A stretch of DNA of 7,585 bases from a virus. Under the pieces are notes generated by a model. That model was not told the DNA's origin, ran no database searches, and was given only the letters and a program-made list of their open reading frames with translations. Every line of letters begins with the position of its first letter. Within the stretch, counting starts at the first letter, position 1. Location: positions 1-7,585 of the IMG/VR virus record IMGVR_UViG_3300006192_000003; one strand, 5' to 3'. The translations under genes and the position numbers were made by a program. This document shows, in pieces, positions 1 through 5,235 of the stretch.

Positions 1-100
1 GCGTACCAAGGCGCGGCAAGGATTTATGGCATTCGTCGATGATATAGAGCGGGCCGAGTTCATCTTTCCCGCGCCAGGAATCGCCGAAGTCTTCGACGCG
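1..100. repeat. Terminal redundancy: bases 1-100 are identical to 7486-7585. This is the circularisation overlap of a circular molecule, not a biological direct repeat.
   Basis: Base-by-base comparison of gcgtaccaaggcgcggcaaggattt...gtcttcgacgcg at both ends shows identity. The repeat lies inside one ORF (gI) and preserves its frame: 316 + 803 = 1119 nt = 373 codons. Confidence 0.93.
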
Positions 101-316
101 GCTGAACGGGTGATACAGCTTGCCTTCGAACTGATAGTTGCCGCGAATCTCGATAAGCTTGGTAGAGCCTGGAAAAAAGTGTTCCCACATATCCAAACGG
201 AGCGGCAAGTTAGTGATTACCTTCCTGCCCTGCTCTACTACGGCCGGAATAACATGGAATGCGACGGACTCATACGACTTACCGCCACCCGGTTGACCCA
301 GCAAGAGATTAATCAT
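1..316 (-). CDS. gI: gI / Zot-like assembly ATPase, N-terminal part. The ORF runs off the left edge and continues at 7485..6683 on the circle, giving 372 aa in total.
   Basis: The minus-strand ATG at 316..314 gives MINLLLGQPGGGKSYESVAFHVIPAVVEQGRKVITNLPLRLDMWEHFFPGSTKLIEIRGNYQFEGKLYHPFSRVEDFGDSWRGKDELGPLYIIDECHKSLPRLGT. It has Walker A (GQPGGGKS) and a Walker B-like motif (LYIIDE). It starts 3 nt after the gVI stop codon, the usual gI position. Confidence 0.9.
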   Translation of the reverse strand, partial: MINLLLGQPGGGKSYESVAFHVIPAVVEQGRKVITNLPLRLDMWEHFFPGSTKLIEIRGNYQFEGKLYHPFSRVEDFGDSWRGKDELGPLYIIDECHKSLPRLGT

Positions 317-318
317 GA

Positions 319-657
319 TTAGGAACCCCAGCGAACGAACGGGATAGTTTGCAGTAAGAAGCGGATAACAAGGCCGGCGACAATGATGCTAAGGGCCTGA
401 GGTATACCGATATAGCCGAGCATGTTCGCAACATCTGATGGAATCATGCTGTAGTAAGTCTGCGGATTAAACGGAATAGCAATGGCATTCAAGGCGCTAA
501 TGGCGATGCCTAAACCGGCCTCAAACAGCCAGCAGACTAAATCAGTGAGGATATTCCAGATATCGACAAATATTTGCTTGACGCAAAGAAGGAGCCATTT
601 TGCGAAGTTAACGACCTTCGCCAGGATGGCGGTAAAAAACTGAAAAATGCCAGCCAT
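319..657 (-). CDS. gVI: gVI-like minor coat / virion-end protein, 112 aa, polytopic and hydrophobic
   Basis: The call rests on synteny between gIII and gI. The length (112 aa) equals that of Ff pVI, and the protein is very hydrophobic (MAGIFQFFTAILAKVVNFAKWLLLCV...). Its ATG lies 1 nt after the gIII stop, and its stop lies 2 nt before the gI ATG. Confidence 0.7.
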   Translation of the reverse strand: MAGIFQFFTAILAKVVNFAKWLLLCVKQIFVDIWNILTDLVCWLFEAGLGIAISALNAIAIPFNPQTYYSMIPSDVANMLGYIGIPQALSIIVAGLVIRFLLQTIPFVRWGS

Positions 658-658
658 A

Positions 659-2065
659 TCAACCCCCGAAAGTGACTTTACGGAACGTGAATAATGCAGT
701 TACGAGCAGAATGATTTTCACGAAATCGAGCACGTAGCAAATAGACGAAAACTGAACAGTGCCGTAGTTCGCCCAGGACGCGATATTAAACCCAAGCCCG
801 AACGCAGGACACGAACCTGAAAACGATGGAATGAAGCCTTGGAGGAACTGAATAAATGCAGACTGATCAATGTCCGCCCTAGCCTGCTGCCACACACCCT
901 CTAAACCGCCAGGATACTTCTGTTCGTAGAAGCTAGGCACTTCAGGAAAGTCAGCGTCATTGAAAGTGTAGTCGATGCTTTCTTCCTCCTGAGTAGGGGT
1001 ATCAGTAGGAATGCCGTCGCTTGTTTCAGTCTCAGTGACTACGCCATCAGTATTCTGAGTGGTTTTTGTAGTAGTGCTGTAGTTGTAGTGATTCGGGCCG
1101 AAGTTGTATTCGTAACGATTTTGAGTGGTCGTTGTTGTTGTAGAAGTTGTGCCATCAGGGTTGGTTTTCGTTGACGTTGTGACTTGTGCCGGGCCAGTCT
1201 GACTAGCGGGGCCTTGAAGATCGCCCCATTGGGACATTTCGTCATAGCAGCGAGCTGGGGCGTTAGAGCCCTCGCAAGATGCGCGTACCATGTCGCGGAC
1301 AAAATCCGAATCGCGAGCCGCCGCCCAATCTTCCATGGTTGTCCATTGTGATGGCGAAGGGTCGAGAAGAGCGGTATTACGGCAAGTGCCGGTCGGAGAG
1401 TCAAACGATGAATTTGGCGCGCACTGAGTGCCGGAGCGAGTGGCCGTCCCAAGACTACCACCAGCTTTATTGCTTAAACATCCAAACGCATTATCGCTTA
1501 CACGATTGGCCTGCATATCGGTTATACCTGGCCACTGGGACTTACAGGCAAGCAGTGGAGAGGAATATGAATATTGAGAACTGGATATATACCATCGAAA
1601 GTCAGAAGGGCCTGAGGGGGGCACCTCCTGAATAGTCGGGACCTTTATGGACCCTGCGTCGTCTATTACGCCGTCAGCAGCTGAAATAATTGCAGCTGCG
1701 GCAGCGCTGGCAACAACCCCAGGAACACCACCACGCAAGCCGCCAACAATTGATTTAGCAGCCTTCTTTGGATCTACTCTCAAAGTTGGCTTAACTGTTA
1801 CTTTCTGCTTTGCACGAAGTTCATTCCCACTCTGGCCACTAGGATTGTCATTAGCGTTGAATCGACGGCCCGCCGTATGTTCGTCGACGTAATCTTGACC
1901 GAAGTAAGCAGCGTCACCGTTAGGCGTCTGGAATGAAGCGCCATTGCCGTTAATGACAGAGGCCTTAGATTGACCATGATTAACAATCTTGCGCGTTACT
2001 GCATAGCTGTCAGCGCAAAACAGCAGGATCAAGGCCGCTGCTGCATACCGATAATAAATGCCCAT
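659..2065 (-). CDS. gIII: gIII-like adsorption / minor coat protein, 468-aa precursor
   Basis: I place the start at the internal ATG 2065..2063, which gives a signal-peptide-like N-terminus: MGIYYRYAAAALILLFCADSYA followed by VTRK. The mature part has 8 Cys, a Thr-rich linker (TTSTKTNPDGTTSTTTTTTQ...TETETSDGIPTDTPTQEEE) and a C-terminal membrane anchor with a short basic tail (VKIILLVTALFTFRKVTFGG), matching Ff g3p architecture. It sits just downstream of gVIII and its terminator. Confidence 0.75.
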   Translation of the reverse strand: MGIYYRYAAAALILLFCADSYAVTRKIVNHGQSKASVINGNGASFQTPNGDAAYFGQDYVDEHTAGRRFNANDNPSGQSGNELRAKQKVTVKPTLRVDPKKAAKSIVGGLRGGVPGVVASAAAAAIISAADGVIDDAGSIKVPTIQEVPPSGPSDFRWYISSSQYSYSSPLLACKSQWPGITDMQANRVSDNAFGCLSNKAGGSLGTATRSGTQCAPNSSFDSPTGTCRNTALLDPSPSQWTTMEDWAAARDSDFVRDMVRASCEGSNAPARCYDEMSQWGDLQGPASQTGPAQVTTSTKTNPDGTTSTTTTTTQNRYEYNFGPNHYNYSTTTKTTQNTDGVVTETETSDGIPTDTPTQEEESIDYTFNDADFPEVPSFYEQKYPGGLEGVWQQARADIDQSAFIQFLQGFIPSFSGSCPAFGLGFNIASWANYGTVQFSSICYVLDFVKIILLVTALFTFRKVTFGG

Positions 2066-2149
2066 CCGCCTATAACCCCGCCGAGAAAGACCAGCGAATA
2101 TGCCAGCATGGCTATGTCCGCTGAAGTAATTGCCAGTTGTTCCATGGAT

Positions 2150-2175
2150 AAAAAAAGGGGCATTGCTGCCCCTTT
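2150..2175 (-). terminator. Rho-independent terminator immediately after the major coat gene
   Basis: The minus strand reads GGAAAGGGGCAGCAATGCCCCTTTTTTTAT. This is a 7-bp stem (AGGGGCA/TGCCCCT), a GCAA tetraloop and a T7 run. It lies in the gVIII-gIII gap, where Ff phages also carry their strong terminator. Confidence 0.85.
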
Positions 2176-2195
2176 CCTCTGTTGCGGGGGCGTTG

Positions 2196-2330
2196 TTAAG
2201 CCTTCTTGACGCCGCGCTTGCCCAGGTCGATGCCTTTGAAAGCCATGGCGATACCGATAATTGCAACACCAGCAGTACCGACCCAGGTGGCGACAGAACC
2301 GAAATCTACAGCGGCGAAAATTGCTTCCAT
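2196..2330 (-). CDS. gVIII: Major coat protein (gVIII-like), 44 aa, with no cleavable leader
   Basis: The sequence is MEAIFAAVDFGSVATWVGTAGVAIIGIAMAFKGIDLGKRGVKKA: acidic N-terminus, hydrophobic core, basic C-terminus (K/R x5). A GAGG Shine-Dalgarno (SD) sits 8 nt upstream, in GAAGAGGTAACAAAACATG. An in-frame TAA 9 nt upstream prevents a longer precursor. The strong terminator follows. Confidence 0.85.
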   Translation of the reverse strand: MEAIFAAVDFGSVATWVGTAGVAIIGIAMAFKGIDLGKRGVKKA

Positions 2331-2344
2331 GTTTTGTTACCTCT

Positions 2345-2479
2345 TCAAAGTTTTCGAATGACGCCAACAACGGCGCCGATTTTCCAGCCCATGGCCCAAG
2401 CTGCGACCGTGAGCATGAAAGCTGCGGTATACACGGCGATAACACCCTCTACCGTTAAAGTTGTTAGAGACTCAGGCAT
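2345..2479 (-). CDS. Small hydrophobic protein, 44 aa, candidate gVII/gIX-type minor coat protein
   Basis: The sequence is MPESLTTLTVEGVIAVYTAAFMLTVAAWAMGWKIGAVVGVIRKL. It has one membrane-spanning segment and a coat-like charge layout. Its ATG follows directly after the stop of the preceding ORF, and it lies directly upstream of gVIII. Confidence 0.6.
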   Translation of the reverse strand: MPESLTTLTVEGVIAVYTAAFMLTVAAWAMGWKIGAVVGVIRKL

Positions 2480-2605
2480 TTAGTCGCCCTGGTCTTCTGA
2501 GTTACACCAGCCACAAACAACGTAGCCGTCCTCGATTAGTGCAAATTCGGCTTCGTCGTCTTCAGAGTTGAAGGACTCGCCGCATTCCTGGCATTCATAG
2601 TCCAT
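2480..2605 (-). CDS. 41-aa acidic zinc-ribbon-like mini-protein (CxxC-N22-CxxC)
   Basis: This ORF is not in the supplied track; I translated it by hand: MDYECQECGESFNSEDDEAEFALIEDGYVVCGWCNSEDQGD. It has a strong SD (AGGAGG) 8 nt upstream. Its ATG abuts the stop of orf62, and its stop abuts the ATG of orf44. Confidence 0.6.
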   Translation of the reverse strand: MDYECQECGESFNSEDDEAEFALIEDGYVVCGWCNSEDQGD

Positions 2606-2794
2606 CTACGCGACCTCCTGAGGTGGTGGCAGACCGAGATATTCGGCAGCGTCGGAATAGCAGTCCGGGCAGACTGCGAAGTTTGGCGCCTTGCGCTGAT
2701 CGACGAGGGCACCAGGGCGGACAACCTCACCACCAATGAGCTGGCCCATGTCATCGCCGCAGCAGTCACAGAGAACGCGGTCGAGAACGATCAT
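2606..2794 (-). CDS. 62-aa Cys-rich (CxCC...CxxC) zinc-ribbon-like protein
   Basis: The sequence is MIVLDRVLCDCCGDDMGQLIGGEVVRPGALVDQRKAPNFAVCPDCYSDAAEYLGLPPPQEVA. A GGGGAGGG SD sits 7 nt upstream and overlaps the stop codon of the preceding gene. Confidence 0.65.
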   Translation of the reverse strand: MIVLDRVLCDCCGDDMGQLIGGEVVRPGALVDQRKAPNFAVCPDCYSDAAEYLGLPPPQEVA

Positions 2795-2809
2795 GGCGGC
2801 GCCCTCCCC

Positions 2810-3139
2810 TTAGCTCGCGGCCTGGAGGGGCTTGGCGGCGCTGATTTGCACCGGGGCGCCGGAGCCGGAAAGCTGCCAGTTGAAGCCTTTGCCGTTCTTC
2901 CAGAGCGCCGGGAAAACCGGCACCGAAATCGGCTTGCCGGCGAGCTGGCGATAGATCTGCACAACGGCCATTTGCTTCTTGCCGATGCGGACGGCGATCA
3001 CACGCTCTTCCATCTGGCCGAAGGAGTTCGGCTGCTGGGCGCGGACGAGAATCGAAGTCTCGGTGAATTGCTCGTTGTTCCAGACCCGTTGCTCTTCGTG
3101 GATACCTTCACAGAGCCCGTTAACAGTCACAGCTTCCAT
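2810..3139 (-). CDS. Candidate ssDNA-binding protein (gV position), 109 aa
   Basis: The call rests on position between the replication gene and the coat-gene cluster. A GAGAGG SD sits 8 nt upstream, and the sequence looks beta-rich (VIAVRIGKKQMAVVQIYRQLAGKPISVPVFPALW...). I could not align it by eye to Ff gV, so the function is positional only. Confidence 0.45.
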   Translation of the reverse strand: MEAVTVNGLCEGIHEEQRVWNNEQFTETSILVRAQQPNSFGQMEERVIAVRIGKKQMAVVQIYRQLAGKPISVPVFPALWKNGKGFNWQLSGSGAPVQISAAKPLQAAS

Positions 3140-3144
3140 CGTTT

Positions 3145-3420
3145 TTACCTCTCGGGGTGGGCCGGCTGGCCCGGTTGGGATTTGTCGTCGCAGTGGCGGT
3201 AATCGCCATGCAGGTTATGAATACGGCGAATGCGGGCAGACGCTTCGTCAAAGCGGTCGTACTGGCCCACGCTGATGAAGTCGGCGTTACGTAACGTAAA
3301 AGCGAGTTGATCGAGTTCGCAGAGACGACCAAAGGCAAACAAGCGGGTTAAACGGCTATGGGCGTAGAGGTAGCCGTCGATATGGCCGAGGCGCTCGAAA
3401 AGGAAGGCGGAAAAGTCCAT
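3145..3420 (-). CDS. Hypothetical protein, 91 aa, translationally coupled to gII
   Basis: Its ATG at 3420..3418 overlaps the gII TGA (TGATG). It fills the whole gII-gV gap, and no competing ORF explains that region. No motif is recognisable (MDFSAFLFERLGHIDGYLYAHSRL...). Confidence 0.5.
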   Translation of the reverse strand: MDFSAFLFERLGHIDGYLYAHSRLTRLFAFGRLCELDQLAFTLRNADFISVGQYDRFDEASARIRRIHNLHGDYRHCDDKSQPGQPAHPER

Positions 3421-3827
3421 CAAGCAGCCTCCACCGAGGGTTCGACGTACCAGTCAGGGCGCTGACTGGCAAAGTCGATGGTGAGCAGCTGAAGTACCGG
3501 CACCACGTTGCGCGTGTTGTCGTAGTCCTTCAGGTTCTGGAGCATGGCCTTGGAGACGCCAGCGTCCTCAATGTCAGCAATGTGGCGATAGAAGGTCGCC
3601 TTCGACATGGAGGCCATGGTCTCCTCCCAGCCGTAGTCACGAATACTGCGGAAGGTGCGGAAAAGATTCCGAGCGTGAGAATCGCTCGACTTACCCGGGG
3701 TGAACACGCCCGGAATAATCGCGCCAGTGGCATGGTCGGCACGGGCCTTAGTCCACTTGCCCTTCCCTACTTTGGTGTGTTTCTCGATCAGTGCGGCCAG
3801 CACTTTTTCATCATCAATACGTTTCAT
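3420..3827 (-). CDS. gX: Nested in-frame gX-like product, the C-terminal 135 aa of gII
   Basis: The internal ATG at 3827..3825 (MKRIDDEKVLAALIEKH) aligns with the f1 gX start (MNIYDDSAVLDAIQSKH). It is preceded by GAGGGT at 3839..3834, 6 nt upstream, a good internal SD. Confidence 0.55.
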   Translation of the reverse strand: MKRIDDEKVLAALIEKHTKVGKGKWTKARADHATGAIIPGVFTPGKSSDSHARNLFRTFRSIRDYGWEETMASMSKATFYRHIADIEDAGVSKAMLQNLKDYDNTRNVVPVLQLLTIDFASQRPDWYVEPSVEAA

Positions 3828-4808
3828 CGTCATACCCTCAAAGGCCGCGAACAGTTCCGCAGTTACAGCGCTCCAGCACTCCTGAATCAAACAACGGCCC
3901 TCTTCTTCAAGGGCCTCTTGGTAGTCACACAGCGCCCACAGATTCGTCGGAATTTCCCGGCGCTCCATCCAGCGATGCATCACAGTGGCTTCCATCCGCA
4001 GCAGCAGACTGGCGAACTCCTGAAGGCGCGGGTCTTGCAGCACCTTCAGCGTCCGCGAGGCAGATAGCACGGTCATGGGCATACGTGCCTCACGGCGGCG
4101 AAGCTTGAATTCGCGGACGTGGGCGTTATCGAGGTCTTGCCGGCGTTCTGGATCGACGGAGGCGCCACGGGCAGCCTTCAAAACCTTATCCAGCTCAAGG
4201 CGGAATTCGGGGCCCTTGAGATAGGCCTTGATCTTGCGCAGACGGGATTCCTTCGAACCCCAATAGGCCGTGGTCTGGTAGTCGTCACCACGGTTGCGGG
4301 TCTGGCCGTTGCTGACGCCGCGCATGAACTGGATTACCTGCAACGCGGTCTGTTCGTTGGGCATACGCGCCGAATAGGTGCAGTCCAGGGCGTAGGCCTC
4401 GATAGACGCCAGATCGAGCCGAGCCCACAGAAGCGGATAGGAGCCGGCCAGCCACTTAAGCATTACTTCGGCACCGAGGCGGATAGAAGTAGGGCCGAAC
4501 ACGTTGTGCCCCTGGAGCAGCTTGGCCGGCGATGCCTTCAGTTCGACACCGGGCATCAAGCGCTTACCTAGACTCTGGTGGAACACCTTGAACGCCATTG
4601 GCGTGTAGCTGGACGGCAGCGATTCCCAAGCATGGGACAGGTCTTCGCAGTCGAAGCCGCCATCGTCGCGGCGGGTGACACCACCGGCCGCACGCATAGA
4701 CACCCCCAACGATTCAAGGTCCACAACCTTGAACGGGTGATCGACGCTGCCAAGTTGGATCGTGGCATCGTCGAGGAAGGGAATGAACATGTGGATTCGG
4801 TCGAGCAT
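3420..4808 (-). CDS. gII: Rolling-circle replication initiator, Ff gpII family, about 462 aa
   Basis: Several blocks match f1 gpII as I remember it. MLDRIHMFIPFLD aligns with MIDMLVLRLPFID. VELKASPAKLLQGHNVFG aligns with VEIKASPAKVLQGHNVFG. GVSNGQT aligns with NVSNGQT. LQEFASLLLRMEA aligns with LLEFASGLVRFEA. IDFASQRPDWYVEP aligns with VDFSSQRPDWYNEP. I chose the start at ATG 4808 from the N-terminal alignment; ATG 4817 (MHPMLD...) is an alternative. Confidence 0.92.
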   Translation of the reverse strand: MLDRIHMFIPFLDDATIQLGSVDHPFKVVDLESLGVSMRAAGGVTRRDDGGFDCEDLSHAWESLPSSYTPMAFKVFHQSLGKRLMPGVELKASPAKLLQGHNVFGPTSIRLGAEVMLKWLAGSYPLLWARLDLASIEAYALDCTYSARMPNEQTALQVIQFMRGVSNGQTRNRGDDYQTTAYWGSKESRLRKIKAYLKGPEFRLELDKVLKAARGASVDPERRQDLDNAHVREFKLRRREARMPMTVLSASRTLKVLQDPRLQEFASLLLRMEATVMHRWMERREIPTNLWALCDYQEALEEEGRCLIQECWSAVTAELFAAFEGMTMKRIDDEKVLAALIEKHTKVGKGKWTKARADHATGAIIPGVFTPGKSSDSHARNLFRTFRSIRDYGWEETMASMSKATFYRHIADIEDAGVSKAMLQNLKDYDNTRNVVPVLQLLTIDFASQRPDWYVEPSVEAA

Positions 4809-4811
4809 CGG

Positions 4812-4894
4812 ATGCATGCACACACATAACATTTCGGGCAAATGTAGACGTGCACATGCACACACGTCAACACTAATAATCTGCACACATGCAT
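4812..4894. promoter_or_regulatory. Divergent promoter / operator region between gII (minus) and the repressor-like ORF (plus)
   Basis: TGCACACA occurs three times, at 4817-4824, 4857-4864 and 4882-4889. An exact 11-mer CATGCACACAC occurs at 4815-4825 and 4855-4865. The candidate minus-strand promoter is TTGACG (4870..4865), an 18-nt spacer, then TACATT (4846..4841). The candidate plus-strand promoter is TGCACA (4851-4856), an 18-nt spacer, then AATAAT (4875-4880). Confidence 0.5.
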
Positions 4895-4912
4895 ATTGAG
4901 AGGGTGCAACCC

Positions 4913-5119
4913 ATGAGAAGAGACATGCCGACCAACATCCGATTGACTCAGTCAGAGCAGGAAGCCCTGCGAAAAAAAGCCGTTGAGATCAACAAGGAAC
5001 TGGTCAAGAGAGGCATGCAACCAATGAAGGATTCAGAGCTGGTGCATGCCTTCCTGGAGAAGGTAATAACCTCATTAGAAGTAGGGGCTTCTGGTGCAAT
5101 TGTGCAGCGCATCGATTGA
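4913..5119 (+). CDS. Ribbon-helix-helix transcriptional regulator, candidate phage repressor, 68 aa
   Basis: The sequence is MRRDMPTNIRLTQSEQEALRKKAVEINKELVKRGMQPMKDSELVHAFLEKVIT.... This fits an RHH pattern: a beta strand (NIRLT) followed by two helices. A GAGAGGG SD sits 8 nt upstream of ATG 4913. It is the only plus-strand gene and is divergent from the replication gene, as with repressors of other temperate inoviruses. Confidence 0.65.
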   Translation: MRRDMPTNIRLTQSEQEALRKKAVEINKELVKRGMQPMKDSELVHAFLEKVITSLEVGASGAIVQRID

Positions 5120-5138
5120 TCAAAAAACGAGCGGAAAT

Positions 5139-5180
5139 TCTCATAATGAGACAAGAGTCCACCATTAGAGATGGTGGACC
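5139..5180 (-). other. Plus-strand origin of replication core: gpII nick hairpin plus an adjacent palindrome
   Basis: The minus strand reads GTCCACCATCTCTAATGGTGGACTCTTGTCTCATTATGAGA. The f1 origin core, from memory, reads GTCCACGTTCTTTAATAGTGGACTCTTGTTCCAAACTGGAA. The GTCCAC/GTGGAC stem is shared, the 12-mer GTGGACTCTTGT is identical, and 7 of 11 loop positions match. The 13-bp palindrome TCTCATTATGAGA (minus-strand sequence; 5139-5151, read on the plus strand as TCTCATAATGAGA) sits where f1 has its inverted repeat. Confidence 0.75.
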
Positions 5181-5235
5181 CTGGCCGCTGCGCGACCAGG
5201 GACAAGGCAGCCCCTTACGGGGACCACTGCACCTT

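Noticed and set aside
26-322. 98-aa plus-strand ORF at the left edge
   Set aside because: It is exactly antisense to the Walker-A-containing N-terminus of gI. The minus frame carries clear P-loop motifs and continues across the circular junction. The plus ORF is a GC-rich shadow ORF.
2066-2269. N-terminal 68-aa extension of the 536-aa gIII ORF
   Set aside because: The extension would overlap the gVIII coding sequence and read straight through the strong terminator at 2150-2175. The internal Met at 2065 yields a proper signal peptide.
1039-2483. Assorted ORFs overlapping gIII, gVIII and orf44: 140 aa (minus), 118 aa (plus), 81 aa (plus), 62 aa (minus), 79 aa (plus), 138 aa (minus), 117 aa (plus), 65 aa (plus)
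   Set aside because: They overlap better-supported genes in other frames or on the other strand. Several run through the terminator or the coat gene. None has an SD or a start context.
2536-3338. 77-aa minus-strand ORF (2536-2769), 118-aa and 98-aa plus-strand ORFs (2846-3275), and 72-aa minus-strand ORF (3120-3338)
   Set aside because: They are out of frame or antisense to orf62, the 41-aa ORF, the gV candidate and orf91. Those genes have SD sequences and abutting stop-start junctions.
3582-4571. Plus-strand ORFs of 161, 61, 105 and 150 aa, and minus-strand ORFs of 70 aa (3530-3742) and 113 aa (4568-4909)
   Set aside because: All lie within or overlap gII, antisense or out of frame. The gII frame has strong homology support. 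These ORFs are low-complexity and Arg/Pro/Ala-rich, typical of GC-rich off-frames.
4809-4886. Cys/His-rich N-terminal extension of gII (MQIISVDVCACARLHLPEMLCVCMHP)
   Set aside because: It is produced by translating the TGCACACA operator repeats. The f1 gpII N-terminus aligns with the Met at 4808. The extension would cover the predicted promoter.
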